A DNA stretch of 64,000 bases from IMG/VR virus record IMGVR_UViG_3300042988_001121, positions 96,001 through 160,000 of that record, one strand, 5' to 3'. The stretch's first letter is position 1. Each line of letters opens with the position of its first letter. Below are positions 45,725 to 55,157 of this stretch, in pieces. The translations under genes were made by a program, and so were the position numbers. The notes beneath the pieces were generated by a model. That model had not been told where the DNA came from. It did no database searches and worked only from the letters and a program-made list of their open reading frames with translations. This DNA is from a virus.

Positions 45725-46146
45725 TTGATTTTATATGAAATCAGGTCAAAGATCATTTCACTGATGAATGCGTGTTTAAGATCATAAAAATCCATCTGAG
45801 CAATCATTTGATCAGAAAGAACTTTCTTGAGCGCAGAATTGACAGCAACATGATTGAATTGCATGTAACCTGACATGGATTCAATGTGATAATTGACAGT
45901 ATTATTGTAATCCGCAATCACCATCAATCGAGGCAATTGTGTTGCAAGACGATTATATGAAACCTGACGACCGATTGATTTATTATAAACATCGCCCTCA
46001 GAAAGTTTCGCCCAAGCAAACCAGACATGATTATGTTCACGAATATATGCAACAGTGAAACTGTTGTAGTTATCACCTGTCCAATGATCAATAGCATGGA
46101 TATAGCGAGGGTTCAGGTTACGAGAATCAATCATCGAAAGCTCCAT
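45721..46146 (-). CDS. Hypothetical protein
   Basis: ORF in operon context. Confidence 0.65.
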   Translation of the reverse strand: MELSMIDSRNLNPRYIHAIDHWTGDNYNSFTVAYIREHNHVWFAWAKLSEGDVYNKSIGRQVSYNRLATQLPRLMVIADYNNTVNYHIESMSGYMQFNHVAVNSALKKVLSDQMIAQMDFYDLKHAFISEMIFDLISYKIK

Positions 46147-46270
46147 TACGATGTTTAGGGTTACGGGAAACTTTTTCTTTCTGTTTCTTAGAAAGTTGTT
46201 TTGTGGCTTTGTTAAATTGGTTTGCGTGTTTTGCTACCCAATTTCTTGGTTTTACTTTAGGTGATGTCAT
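46127..46270 (-). CDS. Small basic T4-like protein (47 aa)
   Basis: Read manually: PRNWVAKHANQFNKA...KHR. Confidence 0.55.
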   Translation of the reverse strand: MTSPKVKPRNWVAKHANQFNKATKQLSKKQKEKVSRNPKHRNGAFDD

Positions 46271-46275
46271 AATCA

Positions 46276-46524
46276 TTATTGTAAACGATTTTTGTCATGC
46301 AGGCGCAGGTTTAGCACAAAATTTTCAACAACCAATTTTGTTACTGTTGCTAACATCGTCATTTCTCTGGCATCCTTATCTCCACCAAGGTACATGTCCA
46401 GTACATTTGCTGCAATGTAACGGAAAGTGTCTTCTTCTGAGTGTGGAAGGTAGCCGAAGTCGATTGGGTCTGCTTGGTTGACTTCTAGCGCCAGTTCAGT
46501 GAGTTGGTCAAGTAAAGTTTTCAT
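46276..46524 (-). CDS. Conserved T4-like hypothetical protein
   Basis: DPIDFG.L, MLAT.TKL.VENF.LNL. Confidence 0.75.
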   Translation of the reverse strand: MKTLLDQLTELALEVNQADPIDFGYLPHSEEDTFRYIAANVLDMYLGGDKDAREMTMLATVTKLVVENFVLNLRLHDKNRLQ

Positions 46525-46539
46525 GATGATTGATTATTA

Positions 46540-46734
46540 GTCCCGCTTACAAAATACGGGGACGAACTTTCGTGTCGTCTGTTCTACCTATCACGGTAGT
46601 AACTTCTCGCTCTATGATGGCGTCATAGATGGCAGTGCATGCACTGTTTTACATTGTTTCCTACAAGACAATGGACGCTCTAACCGGAACGACACGGACC
46701 CAAGGTAGGTATGGTACTCGATGTACGTATCGAG
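46540..46734 (-). ncRNA. Putative multi-branch structured RNA
   Basis: Seven stems within 195 nt, including an 8-bp closing helix; strand inferred from context. Confidence 0.65.
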
Positions 46735-46745
46735 CATTAAACAAA

Positions 46746-47195
46746 TTATAACACAGAATTCTTCATATGTTTTTTATGTATTTTACATGAAATCCAGCTA
46801 TTGTAATAAAGATCGCTCAAAAGAACATCCCTGATGAGTTGTTCCTTTATTTCATAATACGAAAGTTCTGACTTACTATAACAATATCGAATAATTTCTC
46901 TGCGATATCGATCAGCGCCATTTTTTGCAATTTCTTCTTTCAGAAAATCGCTGGAGCCATAATAGTCTCGCCAGTCACTCGGTATCTGAATTTTTGTTTT
47001 CTTCTTAACCTTTGATCCTTTATTTACTCCACTTTTTACGGTAACTGTTCTGACCGAATACTTGTGCGAATAAAGATTCTTCTTACCAATATACATTTTT
47101 CCGCTGTCTATATGAGTTATCAGATAGATGAACCCAATAGCTGCTTCTGGTATTTCTGAATCAAGGACAGGTTTATCATTATACACCCAATCCAT
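46746..47195 (-). CDS. GIY-YIG nuclease-family protein
   Basis: GFIY.I.....GKMYIGKK, DWRDYYGSS, REII. Confidence 0.8.
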   Translation of the reverse strand: MDWVYNDKPVLDSEIPEAAIGFIYLITHIDSGKMYIGKKNLYSHKYSVRTVTVKSGVNKGSKVKKKTKIQIPSDWRDYYGSSDFLKEEIAKNGADRYRREIIRYCYSKSELSYYEIKEQLIRDVLLSDLYYNSWISCKIHKKHMKNSVL

Positions 47196-47224
47196 AAGCT
47201 GCCTTTCATTGACAGCTTATTTAA
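47194..47224 (-). promoter_or_regulatory. Late promoter TTAAATA plus an RBS-sequestering hairpin
   Basis: ATAAGCTG/CAGCTTAT stem covers the AAAGG RBS and ATG. Confidence 0.6.
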
Positions 47225-47407
47225 TTACTTCAGATAACGAGTATATGCAGCGGCTTCTTCTTCGTCATCGAACCCCATTTCATCGTATGCATCAAATCTT
47301 GGTCGCTTTGTCCTTGATTCAGCCTTTTTCTTCGCAGCAATATGAGATTCATTTTCATATTCACTGTTTGTATTGCGATTACGATTTTGTTGAGTTTCCA
47401 TTTTCAA
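47225..47407 (-). CDS. Small hypothetical protein
   Basis: Typical short ORF downstream of gp59. Confidence 0.6.
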   Translation of the reverse strand: MKMETQQNRNRNTNSEYENESHIAAKKKAESRTKRPRFDAYDEMGFDDEEEAAAYTRYLK

Positions 47408-47933
47408 TTAAGGGTTGATATTTTGATACGTTAAAGAAGTCTTTGTACTTCCGAAGTTTTCTGATTCTATCAGAGGAAAAGGCAAAGTTCGGTGAATTCT
47501 GCATCTTATCCAGATTATCGCCAAAGCGAAGTATAACATATTCTGGGGTGTACTGACCGCCAAGGTAGCCAAAAAACACATCAGAGTTGGTTGCATTCGC
47601 CAAGTTTGCTTTCTCTATATCACATTTAATATAATAACCAAGTGATGCTCTACGTCCTTTGAAGTTGTAATACAGGCTCTGTATTTCTTCGTTTTCAGTG
47701 TACTGGAGAATTTTCATTTCCAATTCACATGCAATACAGGCATAAACAAGATCGGTGACAGTAGAATATTTTCTTGCTAACCAATCGAACTTGAATGCCT
47801 GATTTCTTGTTAAAGAATTGTATGCTTTCTCGGATTGTTTTGTGTGAATCCCATATTTCTTAAGAGAATATGCTTCGTCCCTAAAGTGAAGACGAAGCCC
47901 CCAATAATATTTGAAAGCAGTTTCGATGTTCAC
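47379..47933 (-). CDS. 59: Helicase loader gp59-like
   Basis: AFKYY..LRLHF....Y...KY; synteny with gp33 and rnh. Confidence 0.75.
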   Translation of the reverse strand: MNIETAFKYYWGLRLHFRDEAYSLKKYGIHTKQSEKAYNSLTRNQAFKFDWLARKYSTVTDLVYACIACELEMKILQYTENEEIQSLYYNFKGRRASLGYYIKCDIEKANLANATNSDVFFGYLGGQYTPEYVILRFGDNLDKMQNSPNFAFSSDRIRKLRKYKDFFNVSKYQPLIENGNSTKS

Positions 47934-48169
47934 AGCAATTCGTCAATAGAATAAACTTCTTTACGATAATGACCTTCATCAATAGCTGACTGTTGTACTT
48001 TCTCAAGTAGAACCGTACTCATGTACTGTAACAGTTCCTCTGGCTCTTTATCAGATTCTTCGCTGAAATGAAGGATGGCATCAAAATATGAAACTGCATT
48101 GTCGATGACATATTTCTCGATATACTCACTGAATGTAGTTTTGTTCAGGAACATTTCTTCTGGATTCAT
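47930..48169 (-). CDS. 33: Late transcription coactivator gp33
   Basis: FS..IE..V.....SYFDAI.....E...E.E; synteny. Confidence 0.8.
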   Translation of the reverse strand: MNPEEMFLNKTTFSEYIEKYVIDNAVSYFDAILHFSEESDKEPEELLQYMSTVLLEKVQQSAIDEGHYRKEVYSIDELL

Positions 48170-48603
48170 TGTTCTTCTTTCAGTGCTTCGCAGATCAATT
48201 CATGTGTCAGTGTTGGGTACAGAGATTCAACATTCTTAAGAAGAATTGCCTTCAGCAATTTTGCCTCTGATTCACATAACATTTCTGTCATGTTCTTGTA
48301 CTGCAACGTCTTTGTTCGTTTCGGAATTTTTGATGACGCTGGCGCAAAAAAGATACCTTCAAAAATCTGTGTTGTGGCACGAGATAACAAAGATGTTCCG
48401 GCAAGGCTCCTATGATAGATCGGATTTGTTGTTTTGATTTCATTGATATCAACATCAACCCACTTATCATCAACAGCAGATAACAACAATCGCTTTGCGA
48501 AAGAATTTGTTTTAATCAACTGGCGCAACTCATTGAGTTTGTTGTCAGATTGATCTATTTTAGATAGGATTTCATCCAATCCATAGACAGCCACATTTTG
48601 CAT
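48166..48603 (-). CDS. Conserved T4-like hypothetical protein
   Basis: Position between rnh and gp33; EA.LL......K.....YP.LT. Confidence 0.7.
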   Translation of the reverse strand: MQNVAVYGLDEILSKIDQSDNKLNELRQLIKTNSFAKRLLLSAVDDKWVDVDINEIKTTNPIYHRSLAGTSLLSRATTQIFEGIFFAPASSKIPKRTKTLQYKNMTEMLCESEAKLLKAILLKNVESLYPTLTHELICEALKEEQ

Positions 48604-49523
48604 TAGAAAAAATCCTCTAAACTTCCTGAAAGATTACTGAAACGACGACTAGCAAAATATTTCAATAGACCCATTTTGCTTCCTTTTTTATCCAATTGTG
48701 CATTATAGCACTCAAGAATCCTGTTAGCCACCACATCAGGAATTTTTTCATATGAAACGAGCGTTTCGTTCCTGATATAGTTTTTTCTCTGTTCTTCGTC
48801 TTCACATGCATCGATGGGATTCTTTGCATCAAAGAATGATTGAAGATATTTTGCTGAGATAGATTTCTGCCTTGCGCCAGCTTCTTTTGTTGCAAAGAAA
48901 TTTGCAGGAGATTTGATCGAAGGAATTCCGTCGCCACTGTCGCCCTTAACAATTTTTTCGATAAGTGCTTTTCTGGCTCCGAATTCAGGTTTCACCTGTT
49001 TCTTGATTGCTGGAGAAAACTGTCTTACATTATCATACCGATGTAGTTGGTAATTATCTTTGTCACTGGAGATAATTAGAATGTTTTCTGGCTCCAGTTC
49101 ATCGAACATATTCATGACACCTGTTGTGGTACTGATGTGTTTAGTCAGCACACCAATAATGTCATCTGCCTCTGCGCCCTCTACCTTGATCACAGGATAA
49201 TGCATGTACTCTTGGCAGATAGAAACTACGTCTGAAATACATTCGTTAACAAAATTCCAGTCGATATCTTCTTTTTCTTTTTTATTTTTCCGAGAATATT
49301 TGTACTCAGGGAAAATGTCATAGCGCCACGATTTACTGTCAATAGCAAGAACCATTTTTCCGTAATTGACTCGGTGTTCGCGGTTATTTGCACGAAGACT
49401 ATTCAGGATAATATGATGCAGAACATCTTTACTTTCCTTACTAGGGTTGCATGCACATTGATGTGCAGTTGTATCTGCATAGATCGTTGCAATGGCGATC
49501 TGACTAAAATCAGTTATTATCAT
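48603..49523 (-). CDS. rnh: T4 RNase H (5'-3' exonuclease)
   Basis: DFSQI, WR...FP.YK, EADDII, SSDKD..QL, GD.GDGIP. Confidence 0.92.
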   Translation of the reverse strand: MIITDFSQIAIATIYADTTAHQCACNPSKESKDVLHHIILNSLRANNREHRVNYGKMVLAIDSKSWRYDIFPEYKYSRKNKKEKEDIDWNFVNECISDVVSICQEYMHYPVIKVEGAEADDIIGVLTKHISTTTGVMNMFDELEPENILIISSDKDNYQLHRYDNVRQFSPAIKKQVKPEFGARKALIEKIVKGDSGDGIPSIKSPANFFATKEAGARQKSISAKYLQSFFDAKNPIDACEDEEQRKNYIRNETLVSYEKIPDVVANRILECYNAQLDKKGSKMGLLKYFASRRFSNLSGSLEDFF

Positions 49524-49701
49524 CTTTAGAAATTATTGACCATGCGGCCATCAGTAAAATTGAAATGCCAACAAACTTAAACAAAGAAGGTTTTGTTATT
49601 GTTTCATCGTCACTGAACATCGGAGCAATCTTCAGATAAAGTTTATGAAGCGCCCAAAGAACAGCAACAAGAAAACATACACCAAAGATAGCCCCGATCA
49701 T
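49510..49701 (-). CDS. Small membrane protein
   Basis: Start MIGAIF; two TM-like segments. Confidence 0.6.
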   Translation of the reverse strand: MIGAIFGVCFLVAVLWALHKLYLKIAPMFSDDETITKPSLFKFVGISILLMAAWSIISKDDNN

Positions 49702-49850
49702 GACTTCTCTACCTGAGTTTGACTGAATGTCAGACAACCGAACACAAGTGTCAATACCGCGCATAAAACACTACTGACAAATCCTTGGCTTTCGATCAAG
49801 GAACTTGCGCTAATGATGGTCAGCACGAAAAAGATAGAGAGTTTCAACAT
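49698..49850 (-). CDS. Small membrane protein
   Basis: Start MLKLS after a -10 element at 49876 and AAAGG RBS. Confidence 0.55.
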   Translation of the reverse strand: MLKLSIFFVLTIISASSLIESQGFVSSVLCAVLTLVFGCLTFSQTQVEKS

Positions 49851-49881
49851 AACAAACCTTTCTAGATTGGAATCTATTGTA

Positions 49882-51603
49882 TCACAACTTGGTGACAGTT
49901 TCAATGTGGCTGAAATTATTTTCTTTCTTGACATGAATGAGTCGATCAAAACTTTCTGCGAACTTCTCTGCGCTCCGATGACTAACAACAAAAACGTTGA
50001 TGTTATCTTCTGTTGCATCAATGATCTTCATCAGATTTTCAATACCAGCTTCATCAAGGCTCGAATCAAGAATCTCATCAAAGAATAACAGGTTGCATTC
50101 AAATGCACTACGCATCTTAGCAATATTCCTGAATGTCAGCAGCATTGCAAGATCAATTCTCTGTCTTTCACCTGCCGAGAAACTAGAGTAGCTGAACTTG
50201 TCCCGGTGGCGAGACTTGATGACTTCCTTGAATTCACTGTCCAGTTCAAATGAAACAAAAAAATCGAGTTGGCTGAGATAATCATTAACATAAGAGTTAA
50301 TGACTGGTATGAACTGTTCAACAATCTTGCCCTTGATACCATCGTCCTTGAGCAATTCTTGCATCGCGGTATTGTGCTCTTGATCCGTTGTGATGGAAGC
50401 AATGTCTTGCATGATATCCAGAGACTCTTTAGCAGAGTCACGTAGAGTTTCCTTCAGCTTAGTGATATCACCTGTAATTGTCTGACTGTTCTTTTCTGCC
50501 TCGCATCTAGCAACTTCTTTCATTGAAGCATTGATGCTAAACAAGGTAACATTCATATCTCCCTTAACGGTCGATATATCAGTTTTTGTGGTTGAATATA
50601 GTTCTTCTATGCCTTCATATGATTCTAATTCTGCTCGATATTTGTTGGCAGCAGACTGATATGTTGATACTTCTTTCTCAACATCACTGTAGACCGTTTT
50701 AATGTGGCTAGGATCGATTTTCTGCTTACAGGTAGGGCAACCATCATTCTCGTCAAAAAAACTCAACTCAGACAGTTTTGATGCGATCTTGGTATCGATT
50801 TTGTTGATATAACTTGTCAGCTTCTTATATTCCTCTAGACGAGCCTCAATATCAGTGATCTTTTCTTGCAGACATTCAATTTGTTTCTTCTGTCCCGCTA
50901 ACTTGATTTCATTTTGATCAATTAAGGCTTGCGCAGATTTCTGTCGCGACTCAATCTCGTCTATATTGAATGTTCTGATATTTTCCAGTTGAGTAATATG
51001 AGTTTTCTGTAGCTCAATATTTTGTTTCAGCCCCCGAAGTTTTTCATTAAGAAGTTTCAATTCCTCTTTGTTCTTCGCAACTCTTGTTTTGACGATCTGG
51101 TTCATATAAGTGAAAACCCTGATATCAAGAATGTCTTCAATGAAGTTGCGCCTGTCTCCCTTACTGAGAGACATGAATGGGGTGTAATTCTCAATCGAGA
51201 GAATTGTTGTCTGCATGAAGGTTCTGTAATTGATCTTGAGAATATTCTTCTCAAGGTAATCCTGAAAATCTCCGGTCAGCGTTGCATCCAGAGCAACACC
51301 GTCTTCGATGATATCGAATACAGATGGTTTAATTCCTCGCCTAACAGTGTATTGCTTTCCGTTTGAGATAAAGTCAATTTCGACCAAGCAATTTTTTGTA
51401 TTGATCGAGTTAACGACCTGCGGTTTGTTGATTTCCTTGATCGTCTTATCAAAAAGAGCAAACGTGATCATGTTGCCAGTAGTTGACTTACCGGCTCCGT
51501 TTTCACCGAACATCACTGTTTTCTTATAACCAGTGAATTCGACTTCATTGAAAGCATTACCAATAGAGAGAAAGTTTTTCCCTCGCACACGTTGAATAAT
51601 CAT
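49882..51603 (-). CDS. 46: Recombination endonuclease ATPase subunit gp46 (Rad50-like)
   Basis: KNFLSIGN, GENGAGKST, CPTC hook, FSAGE, DEILDSSLD. Confidence 0.95.
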   Translation of the reverse strand: MIIQRVRGKNFLSIGNAFNEVEFTGYKKTVMFGENGAGKSTTGNMITFALFDKTIKEINKPQVVNSINTKNCLVEIDFISNGKQYTVRRGIKPSVFDIIEDGVALDATLTGDFQDYLEKNILKINYRTFMQTTILSIENYTPFMSLSKGDRRNFIEDILDIRVFTYMNQIVKTRVAKNKEELKLLNEKLRGLKQNIELQKTHITQLENIRTFNIDEIESRQKSAQALIDQNEIKLAGQKKQIECLQEKITDIEARLEEYKKLTSYINKIDTKIASKLSELSFFDENDGCPTCKQKIDPSHIKTVYSDVEKEVSTYQSAANKYRAELESYEGIEELYSTTKTDISTVKGDMNVTLFSINASMKEVARCEAEKNSQTITGDITKLKETLRDSAKESLDIMQDIASITTDQEHNTAMQELLKDDGIKGKIVEQFIPVINSYVNDYLSQLDFFVSFELDSEFKEVIKSRHRDKFSYSSFSAGERQRIDLAMLLTFRNIAKMRSAFECNLLFFDEILDSSLDEAGIENLMKIIDATEDNINVFVVSHRSAEKFAESFDRLIHVKKENNFSHIETVTKL

Positions 51604-52631
51604 AATTTAGAGAGTTCCATTGCCTCTGTATAGATTTCTGACATTTTCTTTTTTAACACATCTTTATCATTAACCGCAATATCATCAATAACATGCATTA
51701 GCATATGATGTGTTCCCTTGAATTCAATTTTTGTATTCAGAGCAGTCTCAACAGATTTCTGCATTTCGGTATCAATAATCTGTAATGATAATGGCTGTGT
51801 TTGCTGAACACGCTCAATGAACTTGTCGAATTTCTTCTGATCGGTTTTGTTGACCACTGTCACTTTAATATGATGTGGATATTCTAGCTCAATATCTGGT
51901 ACTTCGTTTTCATCATATGAAAATTTGTGATGTAAGGTAAACGGGTTTCGATTGAACTGGTAGCTACCATCATCTTTCAGTATAGTGAATCCTTTTGGGT
52001 CATTGTAATCAGACCAATCCATTTCATACGGTGTACCAACATAGATAACATTATCTTTCTGGCTCCGCGTGTGATAGTGACCACTGAAGACTGTTTTGTA
52101 TTTGGATAGTTTGCTGTGGTCTAATCCATGTTCAGCGATTGTTCCGGGATGTAGAGGAAAATTTGCGAACTCGAAATGACCGATAGCAACATTAGATTCA
52201 GACTCATTTGCGAACTTGAGTGATGCTGGCTCGTTTTCCTCATTGATCCAAGGGTATAAATCGACGTATAAGCCGTTTTTATTGATTGTATGTGGGTAGG
52301 TATCAACCACTGTCATAAAACGCCTCTGAAGCAGTTTTGGTGCGTTTACGCGGTTAGTTGAACGATAGAAGCTGTCATGGTTTCCGCAGACAACATACAA
52401 TTCGATATTTCTGGCGTCTAACTGATCAAAAAACATTTCATTTGCTTTCTGAAGCGACAGAAAGTTGACTGACTTTCTCTTATCAAAAAGATCGCCTGTC
52501 TGAATAATTGTTTTTACGTTATGAAGATCAATGAAGTCGAACAAGTAGTCATAGAATTTCTTCTGGTACTCGTACATGAAAGGAATATTTTCGCGAATTC
52601 CGAAATGTGTATCACCAAGAATAATAATCAT
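51600..52631 (-). CDS. 47: Recombination endonuclease subunit gp47 (Mre11-like)
   Basis: GDTHFG, GDLFD, GNHD, SGHYH, WSDYND.KGF. Confidence 0.95.
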   Translation of the reverse strand: MIIILGDTHFGIRENIPFMYEYQKKFYDYLFDFIDLHNVKTIIQTGDLFDKRKSVNFLSLQKANEMFFDQLDARNIELYVVCGNHDSFYRSTNRVNAPKLLQRRFMTVVDTYPHTINKNGLYVDLYPWINEENEPASLKFANESESNVAIGHFEFANFPLHPGTIAEHGLDHSKLSKYKTVFSGHYHTRSQKDNVIYVGTPYEMDWSDYNDPKGFTILKDDGSYQFNRNPFTLHHKFSYDENEVPDIELEYPHHIKVTVVNKTDQKKFDKFIERVQQTQPLSLQIIDTEMQKSVETALNTKIEFKGTHHMLMHVIDDIAVNDKDVLKKKMSEIYTEAMELSKL

Positions 52632-53236
52632 GCTAATAGACTACAAATATCGTTACCGTTGTTCTGTTCTTTTTGTTTCTTGGCAGTATACGGTGTTTTA
52701 TTCTTGTGGCGCAGACTTGGATGCAATAAGCCTGTCTGATCTTTTTCTGTGTCTTCGCGAAGGCGATCAACAAAAATATCATTGTCTTCCAGAAACTCTA
52801 CGAATGCGTTTCCTACTTCAACGTCGTTGTATATAGATTGCTGAACAAATTCGCTACTGAGTTTCTGTTGAATCAATGCTGCCTTGACGGAATGTTCACG
52901 TTGCTCGATCTTGATACGAGTGATATATTCGTTCCAACAAATCTGAGAGAAATATGCAAATGGGTTCTCGCCACGATTAGGATCAAATCTATCGATCTTG
53001 ATCATGCACTTGAGAATGGCATCAGAAATCATTTCATCGCGAAAAGAGTAGCCAATGAAATTATAGAGGTTGCTCATGTTAGTGGCAATTCTGATGATTG
53101 CGTTCGCAATGTCGTCCGGGATTACCGGACGTTCTTCATTATTTTCTATTGACAGTTTCAACTCAGACAGATAGATGCACATTGCTGCATATAAGTCTTT
53201 GTTAGAAACATAATGTGTTGGCTTCAATTCACTCAT
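52628..53236 (-). CDS. 55: Late transcription sigma factor gp55
   Basis: HYVSNK.L, NFIGYSFRDEMISD, NPFAYF.QIC. Confidence 0.95.
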   Translation of the reverse strand: MSELKPTHYVSNKDLYAAMCIYLSELKLSIENNEERPVIPDDIANAIIRIATNMSNLYNFIGYSFRDEMISDAILKCMIKIDRFDPNRGENPFAYFSQICWNEYITRIKIEQREHSVKAALIQQKLSSEFVQQSIYNDVEVGNAFVEFLEDNDIFVDRLREDTEKDQTGLLHPSLRHKNKTPYTAKKQKEQNNGNDICSLLA

Positions 53237-53289
53237 AATTTCTCCGCAAAATATCATTATAACACAATTATTTAATGCGGTTTCATTTC

Positions 53290-53835
53290 TCCATAGGGAA
53301 AGCAGTAGGGTGAACTATTGGGGAATAACTTCTAGGGATTCTAAGGCTTAGGGGTATCTTTTAATATTAGATACTACTCTTTACTTAGATTAGTCCGAAG
53401 GACTGTTGCGTAGCAACCCATAGAACATTCTCAGTTCATTCCTACTTCGAGTATTAGATTACTCTAATACGCTCTTGACACTTTCCATACTGAGTGTACT
53501 TATGTCTCAACTCTAACCCTCTTATCGACCGAGTTTTTATCAGGCTACCTTACGGTCATGCCTGCACAGACTCCATACCAAGAGTTGCAATCTCTCGGAA
53601 ACTGTGTATGGTTATCACCCTTTTCAGGAGGTCGTTTGTAGCAATGATTGAGTGAACCAATGCTCCGGCTGCTTTCCAATTCCCCGGTGGGTCAGTTTAT
53701 ATTCTTACATGCTCATGATGCTTCATGAGGTTTTTACGTGAACCTTTAAACTGTAACTTAAACACGATCCCTACTTTGACACGGTGCTAGGATTTGGCAT
53801 TAAAGTAGATAGTAAGTGTCACTAACCATCTACAG
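53290..53835 (-). ncRNA. Putative large structured non-coding RNA (or replication origin)
   Basis: About 550 nt with no ORF, many stems, ATAAATA late-promoter motif at 53837-53843. Confidence 0.55.
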
Positions 53836-53869
53836 TTATTTATCATTCTAACACAAGAAAATCAGAATG

Positions 53870-54532
53870 TCAAAACTTTTTTTGTCTTGCTGCATGCATT
53901 GTTGCAGAAATTTCTGATACCGCCCATCTGTTGACCTGTGCTTGATGCATTTTCACGAAGTCGCTGTTACTTAGCATGATGGCTGTCTTCCAGTCTTCGA
54001 TGGGTATCTGCATGAATCTACTTCTGACATGTGACCATAGATATTGTCTCACGGCTGGTCTAACTTCAGGGAACGTAGCAACATTAGACAGATACTGCCA
54101 GTTGAGTTTCTGTACCTGCTGCCTTGGATTGTTCCTATTTGCCTTTGCGATTTGCCACATCTTATCAAACAGTTTTCCTCGAATGATGTACGGCAGAATG
54201 TGAAAGTTAATCCCAAAGAACGATTTTGGTGTCACATTGAATATGAAGCTAAGAGGGAACCTGTCATAGAAAGGCAGAGTATCCTTATGCTTTGGGTCAT
54301 AGAAGAAGAAATACATACTTCCGGGAAGTACGATATTTTTTTGCAGAGATTTGTGTTGATGAAGAAATTCCTGTCTCTCTGAGCCATCAAACTTCAGCTT
54401 GTTTAGTTTTTCTCGAAACCAATCTACACTTTTTGCTTGATGGAAATTTTTATCCTGCCGAATGATATCAAGAATCGACATTCCCTCTTGATGATCGATT
54501 TTCTTTTTCTGAGGGTTTGATTGTACTTCCAC
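53870..54532 (-). CDS. 2: DNA end protector gp2
   Basis: PGSMYFFFYDPKHK.TLPFYD.FPL, G.NFH.LP...R. Confidence 0.92.
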   Translation of the reverse strand: MEVQSNPQKKKIDHQEGMSILDIIRQDKNFHQAKSVDWFREKLNKLKFDGSERQEFLHQHKSLQKNIVLPGSMYFFFYDPKHKDTLPFYDRFPLSFIFNVTPKSFFGINFHILPYIIRGKLFDKMWQIAKANRNNPRQQVQKLNWQYLSNVATFPEVRPAVRQYLWSHVRSRFMQIPIEDWKTAIMLSNSDFVKMHQAQVNRWAVSEISATMHAARQKKF

Positions 54533-54533
54533 T

Positions 54534-54974
54534 TTAGATTCCTAGATCGTCTTCTGTTAACACAATGAATTCTATTCCCTTTGAGCGACAGAAAGCTGTT
54601 GCTGCCTTCCATTTTGCCTGATTGATCAGAAACGTTTTAAGAGCCTCTGCATAGGTCGCTTTGTTCTTTTTCATCACTGGTGGCAATGTCTCGTGTTTTG
54701 GTTTAATCTCAATTGCATATGTCTTTATTTCATCGTTTCTATTTTTGATCTTTGCAATGAAGTCAACAAAGTACCGATGTGGCTTATTATCAATTGGACT
54801 TATATAAGGGATTACCAATGTTTCTGATGAGTAGAGAACAACATTTTTATTGGCATCAAGCCAGTTCAGAAAACGGGTTTCCCACGAAGATCGTGAAACG
54901 ATTTCATTGAGATTTCCTACATATTTTTCTGGCGCTATTTTTGGAACCCATTTTCTTGGTGTTGCTCTAGCCAT
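54534..54974 (-). CDS. 4: Head completion nuclease gp4
   Basis: RSSWE..F..W.D.N, HRYFVDF, IEIKP, NQAKW.AA. Confidence 0.93.
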   Translation of the reverse strand: MARATPRKWVPKIAPEKYVGNLNEIVSRSSWETRFLNWLDANKNVVLYSSETLVIPYISPIDNKPHRYFVDFIAKIKNRNDEIKTYAIEIKPKHETLPPVMKKNKATYAEALKTFLINQAKWKAATAFCRSKGIEFIVLTEDDLGI

Positions 54975-55157
54975 AATGTTGTTCTTTGTTTCGCTCTTGA
55001 ATCTCTTTGGTAAGATCGCTGATGATCATGCTCACTTCAATGTCCCTTTCCCACGGAAGCATTTTCTCAATTGATTCGATATTGTATTTGAACCTATACG
55101 CCAATGTGTGCATCAGCGTATAGTAGTCCTTCAGATCAAGTGAGGAAAGGGTTATAG
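54967..55157 (-). CDS. 51: Baseplate hub assembly protein gp51-like (probably reached by -1 frameshift)
   Basis: Read manually: L.DYY.LMH.L, IE.MLPWERDI. Confidence 0.75.

Noticed and set aside
46540-46734. tmRNA or tRNA-like identity for the structured RNA
   Set aside because: No GGGG..CCA acceptor, T-arm or tag reading frame was recognisable.
1527-55074. Many + strand ORFs in the track opposite real genes (e.g. 5945-6733, 31767-32231, 42375-42761)
   Set aside because: They are antisense shadows fully overlapping motif-supported genes, with no RBS or recognisable domain.
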